A DNA stretch of 64,000 nt from Minisyncoccota bacterium (lineage in GTDB: Bacteria; Patescibacteriota; Minisyncoccia; Phycocordibacterales; SW-6-46-9): contig JBBDRP010000002.1 of assembly GCA_040905385.1 (NCBI GenBank), positions 595,403 through 659,402 of the forward strand, read 5' to 3'. The notes beneath the pieces were generated by a model that was given only the letters and a program-made list of their open reading frames with translations, did not search any database and was not told the DNA's origin. Positions 57,347 through 64,000 of the stretch are shown piece by piece; the stretch's first letter is position 1, and every line of letters starts with the position of its first letter. The position numbers and the translations under genes are program-made.

Positions 57347-57811
57347 CTAAGCATTTACCCTGATTTTTTCTGCTAATGTAGCTAATTTATCATCAGAAAC
57401 TTTATCTGAGTCATGAGAAGATACGTATCCTGGATACCTTTCGAAGTACGTATTTATATCAGACTTTATTTCTCGCCATTCTTCCATATCAGCTGTTCCG
57501 TGCATTGGTACTAACTTGGCATGAAGATAATCAACGCCGAAACCCTCAAATATCATCCCAACTCTACCGACATCATCTAAACCATCTTCCAGTACTCGAG
57601 CCACCTTTTTAGCCGCCTTAATGAGAGAGAATAAAGGTTCATCATCAACCTCAGCAAAATAACTAGGTTGATACTGCTTCGGTATTAATACCGTAAACCC
57701 TTCCGTGTTTGGAAAAGGAGTAAGGAATGCTAGGTGATCCTCGTCCTCCCAAACCTTATAACAAGGTGCCTCTCCTTTTACTATTTTATGAAAAACTGTT
57801 TCTTGACTCAT
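57347..57811 (-). CDS. HIT-like (histidine triad superfamily) protein
   Basis: ETVFHKIVKGEAPCYKVWEDEDHLAFLTPFP...IPK and a C-terminal His cluster (DYLHAKLVPMHG); start placed at MSQ because the TAAAAT -10 box sits immediately upstream. Confidence 0.45.
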   Translation of the reverse strand: MSQETVFHKIVKGEAPCYKVWEDEDHLAFLTPFPNTEGFTVLIPKQYQPSYFAEVDDEPLFSLIKAAKKVARVLEDGLDDVGRVGMIFEGFGVDYLHAKLVPMHGTADMEEWREIKSDINTYFERYPGYVSSHDSDKVSDDKLATLAEKIRVNA

Positions 57812-57881
57812 AATTATTTTTTCCATTTTACCATCCACAGCCACTACAGAGAAAGATTGGCTTAGAAGCCTGTCATATGCA

Positions 57882-58121
57882 TTATAGAAGACCTTGAAAC
57901 TGACCGAGATAGCTATCAAGAAACATCGGTATCAGGATGACGGCCGCGATCAGCGGTATGACAACCATGGCGATGCTAACAATCATTGAAATCAGGAAGT
58001 ACTTGCGGGTCTTTTCGACTGATTGGTAAATATCATCAAGCCGCCGTGCATTCGCGGCAATCTGCTCGCGAACACTCCCGGGGCTTGGTGGGGTTTCGTT
58101 TGATTGATGCGCTTCATTCAT
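57882..58121 (-). CDS. Small membrane protein
   Basis: 79 aa, 1-2 TM; leaderless start 8 nt after a TAAAAT box. Confidence 0.35.
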   Translation of the reverse strand: MNEAHQSNETPPSPGSVREQIAANARRLDDIYQSVEKTRKYFLISMIVSIAMVVIPLIAAVILIPMFLDSYLGQFQGLL

Positions 58122-58187
58122 ATACCTATTTTACCATCTACATCAGCCTCCAATCTATTCAGTGATTTCTGGGTATTAGATATAAAT

Positions 58188-58541
58188 CTATTGGTTATTA
58201 AATTCTCTGAATTTAGCAGCATCAGCATCCCGACCCAAAAGCAACAGCGCCTGATTAAACAGCTTCTGGTCTGACAACACCGCTGGAGTCATACCGTTAA
58301 TCTTATCATCTACAGAATTCTTTTCCCTAAGATAGGAGTAGGTTTTTACGAGCCTGTCTGTGGCTTCGATGTCAGCATTCTCTGCCATTGAATTAGCCTG
58401 AGAAAGACTAGCTCGAGAAAACTCTAGCTCTGGGTTTACATCAGCCAGCTCTTCTATGAGCTCAACTGCTTCTGGAGCGAGCTCGCCATTCGACTTCTGA
58501 GGAGACTCTTCTCCGTTTGTAGGTTCTTCAAAATTTATCAT
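58188..58541 (-). CDS. Hypothetical protein
   Basis: 117 aa, acidic N-terminus. Confidence 0.35.
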   Translation of the reverse strand: MINFEEPTNGEESPQKSNGELAPEAVELIEELADVNPELEFSRASLSQANSMAENADIEATDRLVKTYSYLREKNSVDDKINGMTPAVLSDQKLFNQALLLLGRDADAAKFREFNNQ

Positions 58542-58610
58542 ATTGCTTAATTCTTATTAATTAACCTCTCTATTTCCTCTATAATATCTTTATTCCCTAT
58601 ACATTATATC

Positions 58611-58690
58611 TTACCATCCACACAGCACGTAAAGAAGTGCGACTGTGGGCGCAAGGCACACAGCCGCCGGGAATGTTGGCCAAAGAACAT
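58611..58690 (-). promoter_or_regulatory. Intergenic cassette copy 1: GC-rich imperfect palindrome (58637-58668) + CTTCTTT + GTGTGGATGGTAAGATATAAT promoter box
   Basis: About 85% identical over ~77 bp to copy 3 (59975-60046). Confidence 0.55.
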
Positions 58691-58774
58691 CCACCACCCG
58701 CACCCCTGTTTTGCAAGAAGCACGTCCTTGCAAATACATCACCCAAAAAGAAGCTGGACGGTGCGCATAGACCG

Positions 58775-59290
58775 CTACACTTCCACTATTTCCAGATCAC
58801 TCGTATCAATACTACCTTTGTAAAGAATGTGCGGTACGCGGACAAACAATAACGGTCGCTCTCCTTTTTGTTTCATTTCTTGATAATACTCCTTGGTTGC
58901 TTCGGGGAGCTGCGCATACTGCTCTATACTGTCTGGATTATACTGCGTGAAATTCTTTTTGTTCATCTTCAGCGCAGTGTCTTTGTATTGATAGAGATAT
59001 ACAACCGTCTTCTCCATATCAAGAGAATGTGGATTGATTACAAACGCTTTGAAATTTCTCTCTGTACTTAAGGCTTCCTTGATGTCTCTTGGATGCACAG
59101 CAGTAAGGTGAAGCACGTCATTCCAAAGGCAGTTTAAGAAAGGAATACGCTGTCGCATCACCGCTTCTCTCCCTTCGTATTTAGATTTTTCTACTTCGTA
59201 TCTATCTGGATACACATTCTTAAGCTCATTCAGAGGATAGAGGGCCTCTCCCTGCATATTTCTTGGAACAAAATGATAGAGATTAGACAT
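58775..59290 (-). CDS. Hypothetical protein
   Basis: 171 aa; leaderless-type start 7 nt after a TAATAT box. Confidence 0.4.
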   Translation of the reverse strand: MSNLYHFVPRNMQGEALYPLNELKNVYPDRYEVEKSKYEGREAVMRQRIPFLNCLWNDVLHLTAVHPRDIKEALSTERNFKAFVINPHSLDMEKTVVYLYQYKDTALKMNKKNFTQYNPDSIEQYAQLPEATKEYYQEMKQKGERPLLFVRVPHILYKGSIDTSDLEIVEV

Positions 59291-59297
59291 GCCCTTA

Positions 59298-59360
59298 TAT
59301 TACCACCCATAAAGAAGGCGGCTGTGTGCACAAAGCACACAGCCGCCAGGTATTTTTACC
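59298..59360 (-). promoter_or_regulatory. Intergenic cassette copy 2: perfect 13-bp inverted repeat GGCGGCTGTGTGC-acaaa-GCACACAGCCGCC (59317-59347) + TGGTAATAT extended -10 box
   Basis: The palindrome sits at the -35 position relative to the box; the ATG at 59290 follows 7 nt after the box. Confidence 0.55.
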
Positions 59361-59412
59361 GACTTTACTTTACAAAGTTACTGGATTATAATAGCTATGT
59401 ATCAAGACAAAA

Positions 59413-59447
59413 AGGGATCCGAACGGCCCCGTGCCTAAGGAGCCCTT
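59413..59447 (-). terminator. Intrinsic terminator of the NYN gene (hairpin + T5 on the transcribed strand)
   Basis: AAGGGATCC...GGAGCCCTT with an A5 run at 59408-59412 on the plus strand. Confidence 0.45.
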
Positions 59448-59449
59448 TT

Positions 59450-59962
59450 TTATTGCCTATACTCTATCTTTTTTCTAACATCCTTCTTATCAAGATGATC
59501 AAAGTACTCACTACCAAGACTTTTATACAAAGACGAAGAAAATTCAAGATTGGGAAAAAGAATCTTAGCTAATTCGTCACGTTTAATCAGAAAATCAACA
59601 AGCTTCTTATAATCTCCGTCACCAGATACAAGGATAATATTATCAAACTCAACGCCTTGAATGATTTTCTTCATGACTGAGAAGATGAGGTCTGAATCAA
59701 CATTTCCCTTCTTCTTGCCTTTGAGTGCAGACGAATGCTCACGAAACGACAAAATAAAGCCCGCCCGCTGCAGATTGTCGTACAAATCCTGCTCGCTTTC
59801 AGAAACATAGCCCATAAAATAGTAAGCCTCCTGGACATCATATTTATCCTTTAGATACGTGCGAAACTTACCGTAGTCAATCTTCCAGCCTTTCTCCTTT
59901 ACACCAAGATACAAGTTCTGACCGTCTATAAAAGCTAAATTGTTAGTATTTTTGTCGCTCAT
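59450..59962 (-). CDS. NYN-domain (PIN-like, LabA-like) protein
   Basis: LAFIDGQNLY...ILVSGDGDY pattern of NYN/LabA nucleases. Confidence 0.7.
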   Translation of the reverse strand: MSDKNTNNLAFIDGQNLYLGVKEKGWKIDYGKFRTYLKDKYDVQEAYYFMGYVSESEQDLYDNLQRAGFILSFREHSSALKGKKKGNVDSDLIFSVMKKIIQGVEFDNIILVSGDGDYKKLVDFLIKRDELAKILFPNLEFSSSLYKSLGSEYFDHLDKKDVRKKIEYRQ

Positions 59963-59974
59963 GTTGGTTAAATA

Positions 59975-60046
59975 TTACCATCCACACCTTCCGAAAAGAA
60001 GGCGGCTGTGGGCGCAAGGCACACAGCCGCCAAGAATTGGCCTAAA
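59975..60046 (-). promoter_or_regulatory. Intergenic cassette copy 3: GGCGGCTGTGGGCGC-aag-GCACACAGCCGCC (60000-60030) + CTTCTTTTCGG + GTGTGGATGGTAATAT
   Basis: Begins about 10 nt after the stop of 60056..60823 and ends 13 nt before the ATG of the NYN gene. Confidence 0.55.
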
Positions 60047-60055
60047 GCGACAGCA

Positions 60056-60823
60056 TCAGACACCTTCCGCCTTCATAAGTGAAAACGCGCCGTACAGACC
60101 CGACTGATCACCCAGCTTCGTCAACGCGGCTTTTATATCAAGTTTGCTTAAAGTCTCTTCGAAAGCAAGGCGAGGACACAAAGAAATGGCGACACCACCA
60201 CCAACTACCATAGTAGTAAAACTATAGTGTCGTGCGAGTCCTGGGACACACTGCGATACATCCTCTAAAACGACATCCCATTCGGCATTGGTGAGATCTT
60301 CGGCTAATTTACCGAATCGTGATTCAAGACTTTTCCCACCAATTTTTTCTTCGAGGTTATGCAAAGGTTGTTTATCCTCTGGTTGACTCACCGAAGCAAC
60401 CCCGCTCTGGCAAGTTACTTGTGCAAAACCAACACCAGTACCCCACGTAAGATAGACAAAATCCATCATCGCGTGCTCACCAAAATAGGCTTCTCCGAAT
60501 GCACCCATTTCTGCATCATTTCTTATATATACCGGGCAGTCGAACGTTTCGTCAAGCGTCGTTTGCAGCGGTTTATTCACCCAATCAGGCAGGTTTGTGG
60601 AACGAATGAGTTCACCGTCATCATTCACGCTACCAGGTACACCGATAGCAATTGCGTCAACCGACATACTGAGAGATTTAATTGTAGATACCATTTCCTC
60701 GATCCCAGTCGCAAAATCAAGTGGAGTTGGAAAGGTAACAGCGTCCTTAAAAGTGATCTTTTCAAGTGACGAAGCGGTAGCAATACGAGTATGTGTGCCA
60801 CCCATATCAATTCCAATAAACAT
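60056..60823 (-). CDS. ROK/BadF-type sugar kinase (glucokinase-like)
   Basis: MFIGIDMGGTHTRIA...VYLTWGTGVGFAQV ROK-like motifs. Confidence 0.55.
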   Translation of the reverse strand: MFIGIDMGGTHTRIATASSLEKITFKDAVTFPTPLDFATGIEEMVSTIKSLSMSVDAIAIGVPGSVNDDGELIRSTNLPDWVNKPLQTTLDETFDCPVYIRNDAEMGAFGEAYFGEHAMMDFVYLTWGTGVGFAQVTCQSGVASVSQPEDKQPLHNLEEKIGGKSLESRFGKLAEDLTNAEWDVVLEDVSQCVPGLARHYSFTTMVVGGGVAISLCPRLAFEETLSKLDIKAALTKLGDQSGLYGAFSLMKAEGV

Positions 60824-61003
60824 AAAATCAATGTATCACGGTGTAGTATGTTCTTCAAATAAATACGGAGTAGATGAAGCATCCTTGCAGGCGGTATTTG
60901 TCCTTAAAACCACATTTGCTAATTACGTTATAATAAAAGTCCAACGAGCCCGGTCGAAAACTGGCCGGGAGATCATTATTACTATAACTAACCAATACAT
61001 ACC

Positions 61004-61372
61004 ATGAATAAAAATGACAAAATTTTAATTGTCTTAATGGCTGATACCTCTACACATGAAAATCAGGGCCGAGCGTTGCACGCGCTCCTGTTTGCAAAGC
61101 AGGCACATGAAGCCGGAAGTGATGTAAAGCTTATTTTTGATGGCGGTGGTGTCGAATGGGCTAAGCAGCTTCCTGAGCATGAAAAATTGTCTGATCTATA
61201 CCAAGAACTAAAAGAGGAAGACATCATCGGTGGTGCGTGCGAGTTCTGTTCCGGAGCCTTCGGGGTGAAGGATGAGCTGGAGCTAGCTGACGCCAACCTT
61301 CTCGATGAGGCAGATGGTCATCCGAATATCGGCAAACGTGTGGCCAACGGCTGGACCCCGATAATTCTGTAG
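61004..61372 (+). CDS. DsrE/DsrF-like family protein
   Basis: KILIVLMADTSTHENQGRALHALLFAKQAHEAGSDVKLIFDGGGV. Confidence 0.45.
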   Translation: MNKNDKILIVLMADTSTHENQGRALHALLFAKQAHEAGSDVKLIFDGGGVEWAKQLPEHEKLSDLYQELKEEDIIGGACEFCSGAFGVKDELELADANLLDEADGHPNIGKRVANGWTPIIL

Positions 61373-61420
61373 CAGCCGTCCATTTTTAAAAATTTCCGTC
61401 CGGCTTATTACCCCTCTCCG

Positions 61421-61453
61421 TCTTGCAAGGATAATATCCTTGCAAGACTTTTT
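61421..61453 (+). terminator. Intrinsic terminator: perfect 12-bp stem TCTTGCAAGGAT-aat-ATCCTTGCAAGA + T5
   Basis: Palindrome 61421-61447 followed by CTTTTT. Confidence 0.65.
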
Positions 61454-61474
61454 AAACATTAAAATAGGCAGGCC

Positions 61475-62020
61475 TTACAGCGCCACCAGAGCGTTCGCGT
61501 AAATCTCCAGATCAGCCTGGGTGTACAGGACGAATCGCACCGTCTCGATATGCTGTAGCTCGGGAAGCGTCGCTGCCACCTGTTGGAGGCTGACAGTGGC
61601 GGCTTCTTCTGTCGGGTAGCCGAAGGCGCCGGTCGAGATGGCCGGAAAGGCCAGGCTGGTGATCTCATGCTCGTCGGCCAGACGAAGCGCATTATCAAAG
61701 CAGTCGGCCAGAAGCTGATCAGCCGGCTCGTTGATTCCGTAGCGCGGGCCCAGACAGTGTAGAACATACTCATTCGGAAGATTGAAGGCCGGCGTGATAA
61801 CACACTCGCCCACCGCGATGGGCGCAAACGTGCGGCCGGCTTTCGCCAGCTTGGGCCCGGCGGCCCGGTGTAGTGCGCCGGCCACCCCACCACCCGGCGC
61901 CAGGTGCTTGTTGGCGGCGTTAACCACCGCCTGCATATCATCTTGGGAGGCAATATCACCCTGTACACACTCGACGGTGACACCGGCAATCTGCTTTTGT
62001 ATCTTATCAGGATTGATCAT
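61475..62020 (-). CDS. Macro-domain protein (ADP-ribose binding/O-acetyl-ADP-ribose deacetylase-like)
   Basis: VECVQGDIASQDDMQAVVNAANKHLAPGGGVAGALHRAAG macro signature. Confidence 0.75.
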   Translation of the reverse strand: MINPDKIQKQIAGVTVECVQGDIASQDDMQAVVNAANKHLAPGGGVAGALHRAAGPKLAKAGRTFAPIAVGECVITPAFNLPNEYVLHCLGPRYGINEPADQLLADCFDNALRLADEHEITSLAFPAISTGAFGYPTEEAATVSLQQVAATLPELQHIETVRFVLYTQADLEIYANALVAL

Positions 62021-62080
62021 GTATGTAATTGCTTTATCTACCCCCTGCGTCGGTGATAAGGTTTGATGATAATTTATTCA

Positions 62081-62311
62081 TTAACAGGAACATGTATCGT
62101 CATCATCAGTTGTGGCAGTTGGACATTTTTGATCAGCGTATTCGCAGACAACACAGCAATTACTGCTTTCCTTTGGTACTTCTATCGTCTCATCGCATTG
62201 CTCGCACTGATGAAAAGCAAGGCAGCGATCGGTTGGAACGTCCACTGACTGCTCGGCTGAGCAGTGTGGACAGGTTAATGTTGCTATTTTTTTCGTTTTT
62301 TTGTCTGTCAT
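62081..62311 (-). CDS. Small Cys-rich zinc-binding protein
   Basis: 76 aa with 11 Cys (CPHC, CEQC, CCVVCEY, CSC). Confidence 0.4.
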   Translation of the reverse strand: MTDKKTKKIATLTCPHCSAEQSVDVPTDRCLAFHQCEQCDETIEVPKESSNCCVVCEYADQKCPTATTDDDDTCSC

Positions 62312-62330
62312 ATGGTTTTTTATATTACTC

Positions 62331-63020
62331 CTATGCTACGTCGGTGATAAGGCTTACGGATTGCATCTCGCACACTACACAAGCGGGCATTGATTCGGAT
62401 GGGCAGGGTTCTCTGCTCAGCTTCTCGATAATCGGCTTCTTCTCGCTACCGACTGCATATACGAGCGCCTCCGAAACCGCGGTGCGTAAAAACGTCTGCG
62501 TAACCGTGATTCGTTTTGTATGTGGATTAACTGATGGCGACACTTCGTAAGCAGCCACCCACGACCGGCCGGAAAACTCGGCCTTGTAATCACCAGGAAG
62601 GATGCCGGCGGTGTGACCATCGGCACCGATCCCCATCGTAGCTATCACCACCCCATCAGGATGCTGGTCCTTCCACGCTCGCAAAGCAGCCTCGAAGCGA
62701 TCACCAACCGCTGCAAGCGTGTCACCTTCAGCGGTAGTGGTGTCTATCACTGATGCGCCACTCGCTTGGGCTGTATGGTAAAAGGCGGTCGCCTGAATCT
62801 GGGCAAAGTTTTGTGCAGACGGATCAGTCGAGAAACGCTCATCAAGCGTCGTGATTGTAAGCTGCGGGCCAAGCATCTCTGGGGATACATGATCAAGCAG
62901 CGAAAGGGCCGACCCACCCGAAAGCAACAGCAGCGTTGGTGTATCCTTATGTGCCAACAACATATCGCTTAGTTTTTCGCCAGCAGTTTCCGCCGGAGTT
63001 TTGCTTTTAATGATTTTCAT
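62331..63020 (-). CDS. pgl: 6-phosphogluconolactonase
   Basis: LLLSGGSALSLL and downstream NagB/Pgl-fold pattern; adjacent to gnd. Confidence 0.65.
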   Translation of the reverse strand: MKIIKSKTPAETAGEKLSDMLLAHKDTPTLLLLSGGSALSLLDHVSPEMLGPQLTITTLDERFSTDPSAQNFAQIQATAFYHTAQASGASVIDTTTAEGDTLAAVGDRFEAALRAWKDQHPDGVVIATMGIGADGHTAGILPGDYKAEFSGRSWVAAYEVSPSVNPHTKRITVTQTFLRTAVSEALVYAVGSEKKPIIEKLSREPCPSESMPACVVCEMQSVSLITDVA

Positions 63021-63982
63021 TACTCTTCTTTTTCAATTGTTTTATGACCACCAAATTGATTTCGCATCGCTGCAATTAGCTTGCCAAAATAAGAGGGGTT
63101 ATCACGGGTGGCCTTTCGCTGCGCGAGCGCCGCCGCAAGCACCTTGGTCTCGCCAATTGTGGTGATGTGCTCCATCTCTGACTCGGTTTCACCAGTCGGG
63201 ACCTCGCCTTTTATAAGATCGATCTGGCCTTCATCATAGGCTTCACGCAGCCAGGAGACCAACTTACTGGAAATGATACTTTCATGCTCGTACGGCTTGA
63301 AGACAGCGTGCAGGTCAATATCAAACTCGTCTTCGTGCTCATGCAGCACATTCACGCCTTCTGCTATCGCACCCATCATCCCGTACTCTATGCCGTTGTG
63401 AACCATCTTTACAAAATGACCTGCACCCGCCTTTCCTACCCGCGCATAGCCGTCCGGTGCCGCCAGCGCGGCGAATACATCTTCGTATTTTTCGAAGGTA
63501 TCTGCATCGCCACCAATCATAATTGACGCCCCGTGGCGAGCTCCGGTTATACCACCTGATGTTCCCACATCCAGGAATCCGAGCTCTTTTTCTGCTAGTT
63601 TCTGGTGGCGCTCGAGCGAGTCCTTATAAAAACTATTCCCGCCATCAATAACCGTATCACCCGGTGACAGGTGCGGCACGAGCTCATCAAGCGCACTGTC
63701 AACAAACTGGCTTGGCACCATCAGCCACAGGAGGCGCTCTGATTCCAGCTCGTCGGCCATTTCCTCGTATGATTCCACCACCTCTACCCCGACCTCGCGG
63801 GCGGCTTTCTGGGCCTCCTTGTCCGGGTCAATACCAATCACTCGATACCCTTGCTCTACTAAATGCTCTGTCATGTTGAGCCCCATCCGTCCTAGCCCAG
63901 CAAATGCTAATTCCTTTTTCATAATTAATATATGATTACGTATTACTAATATCATCCGTTGGCCCAGCCGAGCCTTTTTCAT
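63020..63982 (-). CDS. gnd: 6-phosphogluconate dehydrogenase (decarboxylating), short NAD-type form
   Basis: LAFAGLGRMGLNMTEHL Rossmann motif; GGNSFYKDS; MVHNGIEYG. Confidence 0.75.
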   Translation of the reverse strand: MKKARLGQRMILVIRNHILIMKKELAFAGLGRMGLNMTEHLVEQGYRVIGIDPDKEAQKAAREVGVEVVESYEEMADELESERLLWLMVPSQFVDSALDELVPHLSPGDTVIDGGNSFYKDSLERHQKLAEKELGFLDVGTSGGITGARHGASIMIGGDADTFEKYEDVFAALAAPDGYARVGKAGAGHFVKMVHNGIEYGMMGAIAEGVNVLHEHEDEFDIDLHAVFKPYEHESIISSKLVSWLREAYDEGQIDLIKGEVPTGETESEMEHITTIGETKVLAAALAQRKATRDNPSYFGKLIAAMRNQFGGHKTIEKEE

Positions 63983-64000
63983 ATGGTTGCAACGGAAGTT

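Noticed and set aside
58611-60050. Integron-like attC sites between cassette genes
   Set aside because: The repeated ~75-bp elements are imperfect inverted repeats between promoterless-looking small genes. However, I could not find the R''/R' core sites (RYYYAAC / GTTRRRY) at their boundaries. No intI integrase or attI is present. Each element carries its own extended -10 box, so a terminator/operator-promoter cassette is the more economical reading. The cassette-array idea is kept only as a hypothesis in the findings.
58775-62020. DarT-DarG-like pairing of the 171-aa unknown protein with the macro-domain protein
   Set aside because: The genes are 2 kb apart with unrelated genes between them, and I cannot recognise DarT/DUF4433 motifs in the 171-aa protein
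1-64000. CRISPR arrays, rRNA, tRNA, transposases/integrases
   Set aside because: No regularly spaced identical direct repeats, no rRNA-like conserved stretches, no cloverleaf candidates with a GTTCRANYC T-loop in intergenic regions, and no DDE/tyrosine-recombinase-like ORFs were seen. The window appears free of these, though I cannot run tRNAscan or Infernal.

Overview
This 64-kb window is gene-dense, with about 85 protein genes, most on the minus strand, and moderate GC. I recognised no rRNA, tRNA, CRISPR array, transposase or integrase. The organism looks like a small-genome bacterium, possibly Patescibacteria/CPR-like. That is an inference from many small acidic secreted or membrane-anchored proteins, type IV pilin-like proteins, an archaeal-type UMP kinase, and extended -10 promoters with leaderless starts. 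Housekeeping content includes typA/bipA, an untracked rpmG (L33), cyclophilin, a TrmH-family methyltransferase, an RsuA-type pseudouridine synthase, a P-type ATPase, and pgl plus gnd plus a sugar kinase. There is a repair and nuclease group (UvdE, thermonuclease, YgjP-like hydrolase) and a thiol-disulfide cluster (CcdA/DsbD, TlpA-like, DsbA-like, glutaredoxin-like, DUF3179, ArsR). Several surface loci are present: a sortase with a PKD-repeat substrate carrying a VPYTG signal, a cohesin-like/dockerin-like gene trio, a pair of paralogous surface-subunit genes, and a type IV pilin. The most unusual part is the 48.5-62 kb accessory region. It carries a twice-occurring ~200-bp intergenic module (candidate sRNA plus a gene 3' remnant) and a signal-peptide gene interrupted by an in-frame TAA. 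It also has a gene insertion flanked by 41-bp direct repeats copying the rsuA 3' end. Finally, it holds short orphan genes (DUF2726, membrane-anchored winged-helix protein, HIT-like, NYN, macro) separated by a repeated ~75-bp cassette made of a GC-rich palindrome and a TGGATGGTAA(A/T)AT extended -10 box. A TGTTATATAACA operator-like palindrome also recurs there. All functional calls rest on motif and pattern recognition from the translated ORFs. No database search was possible.
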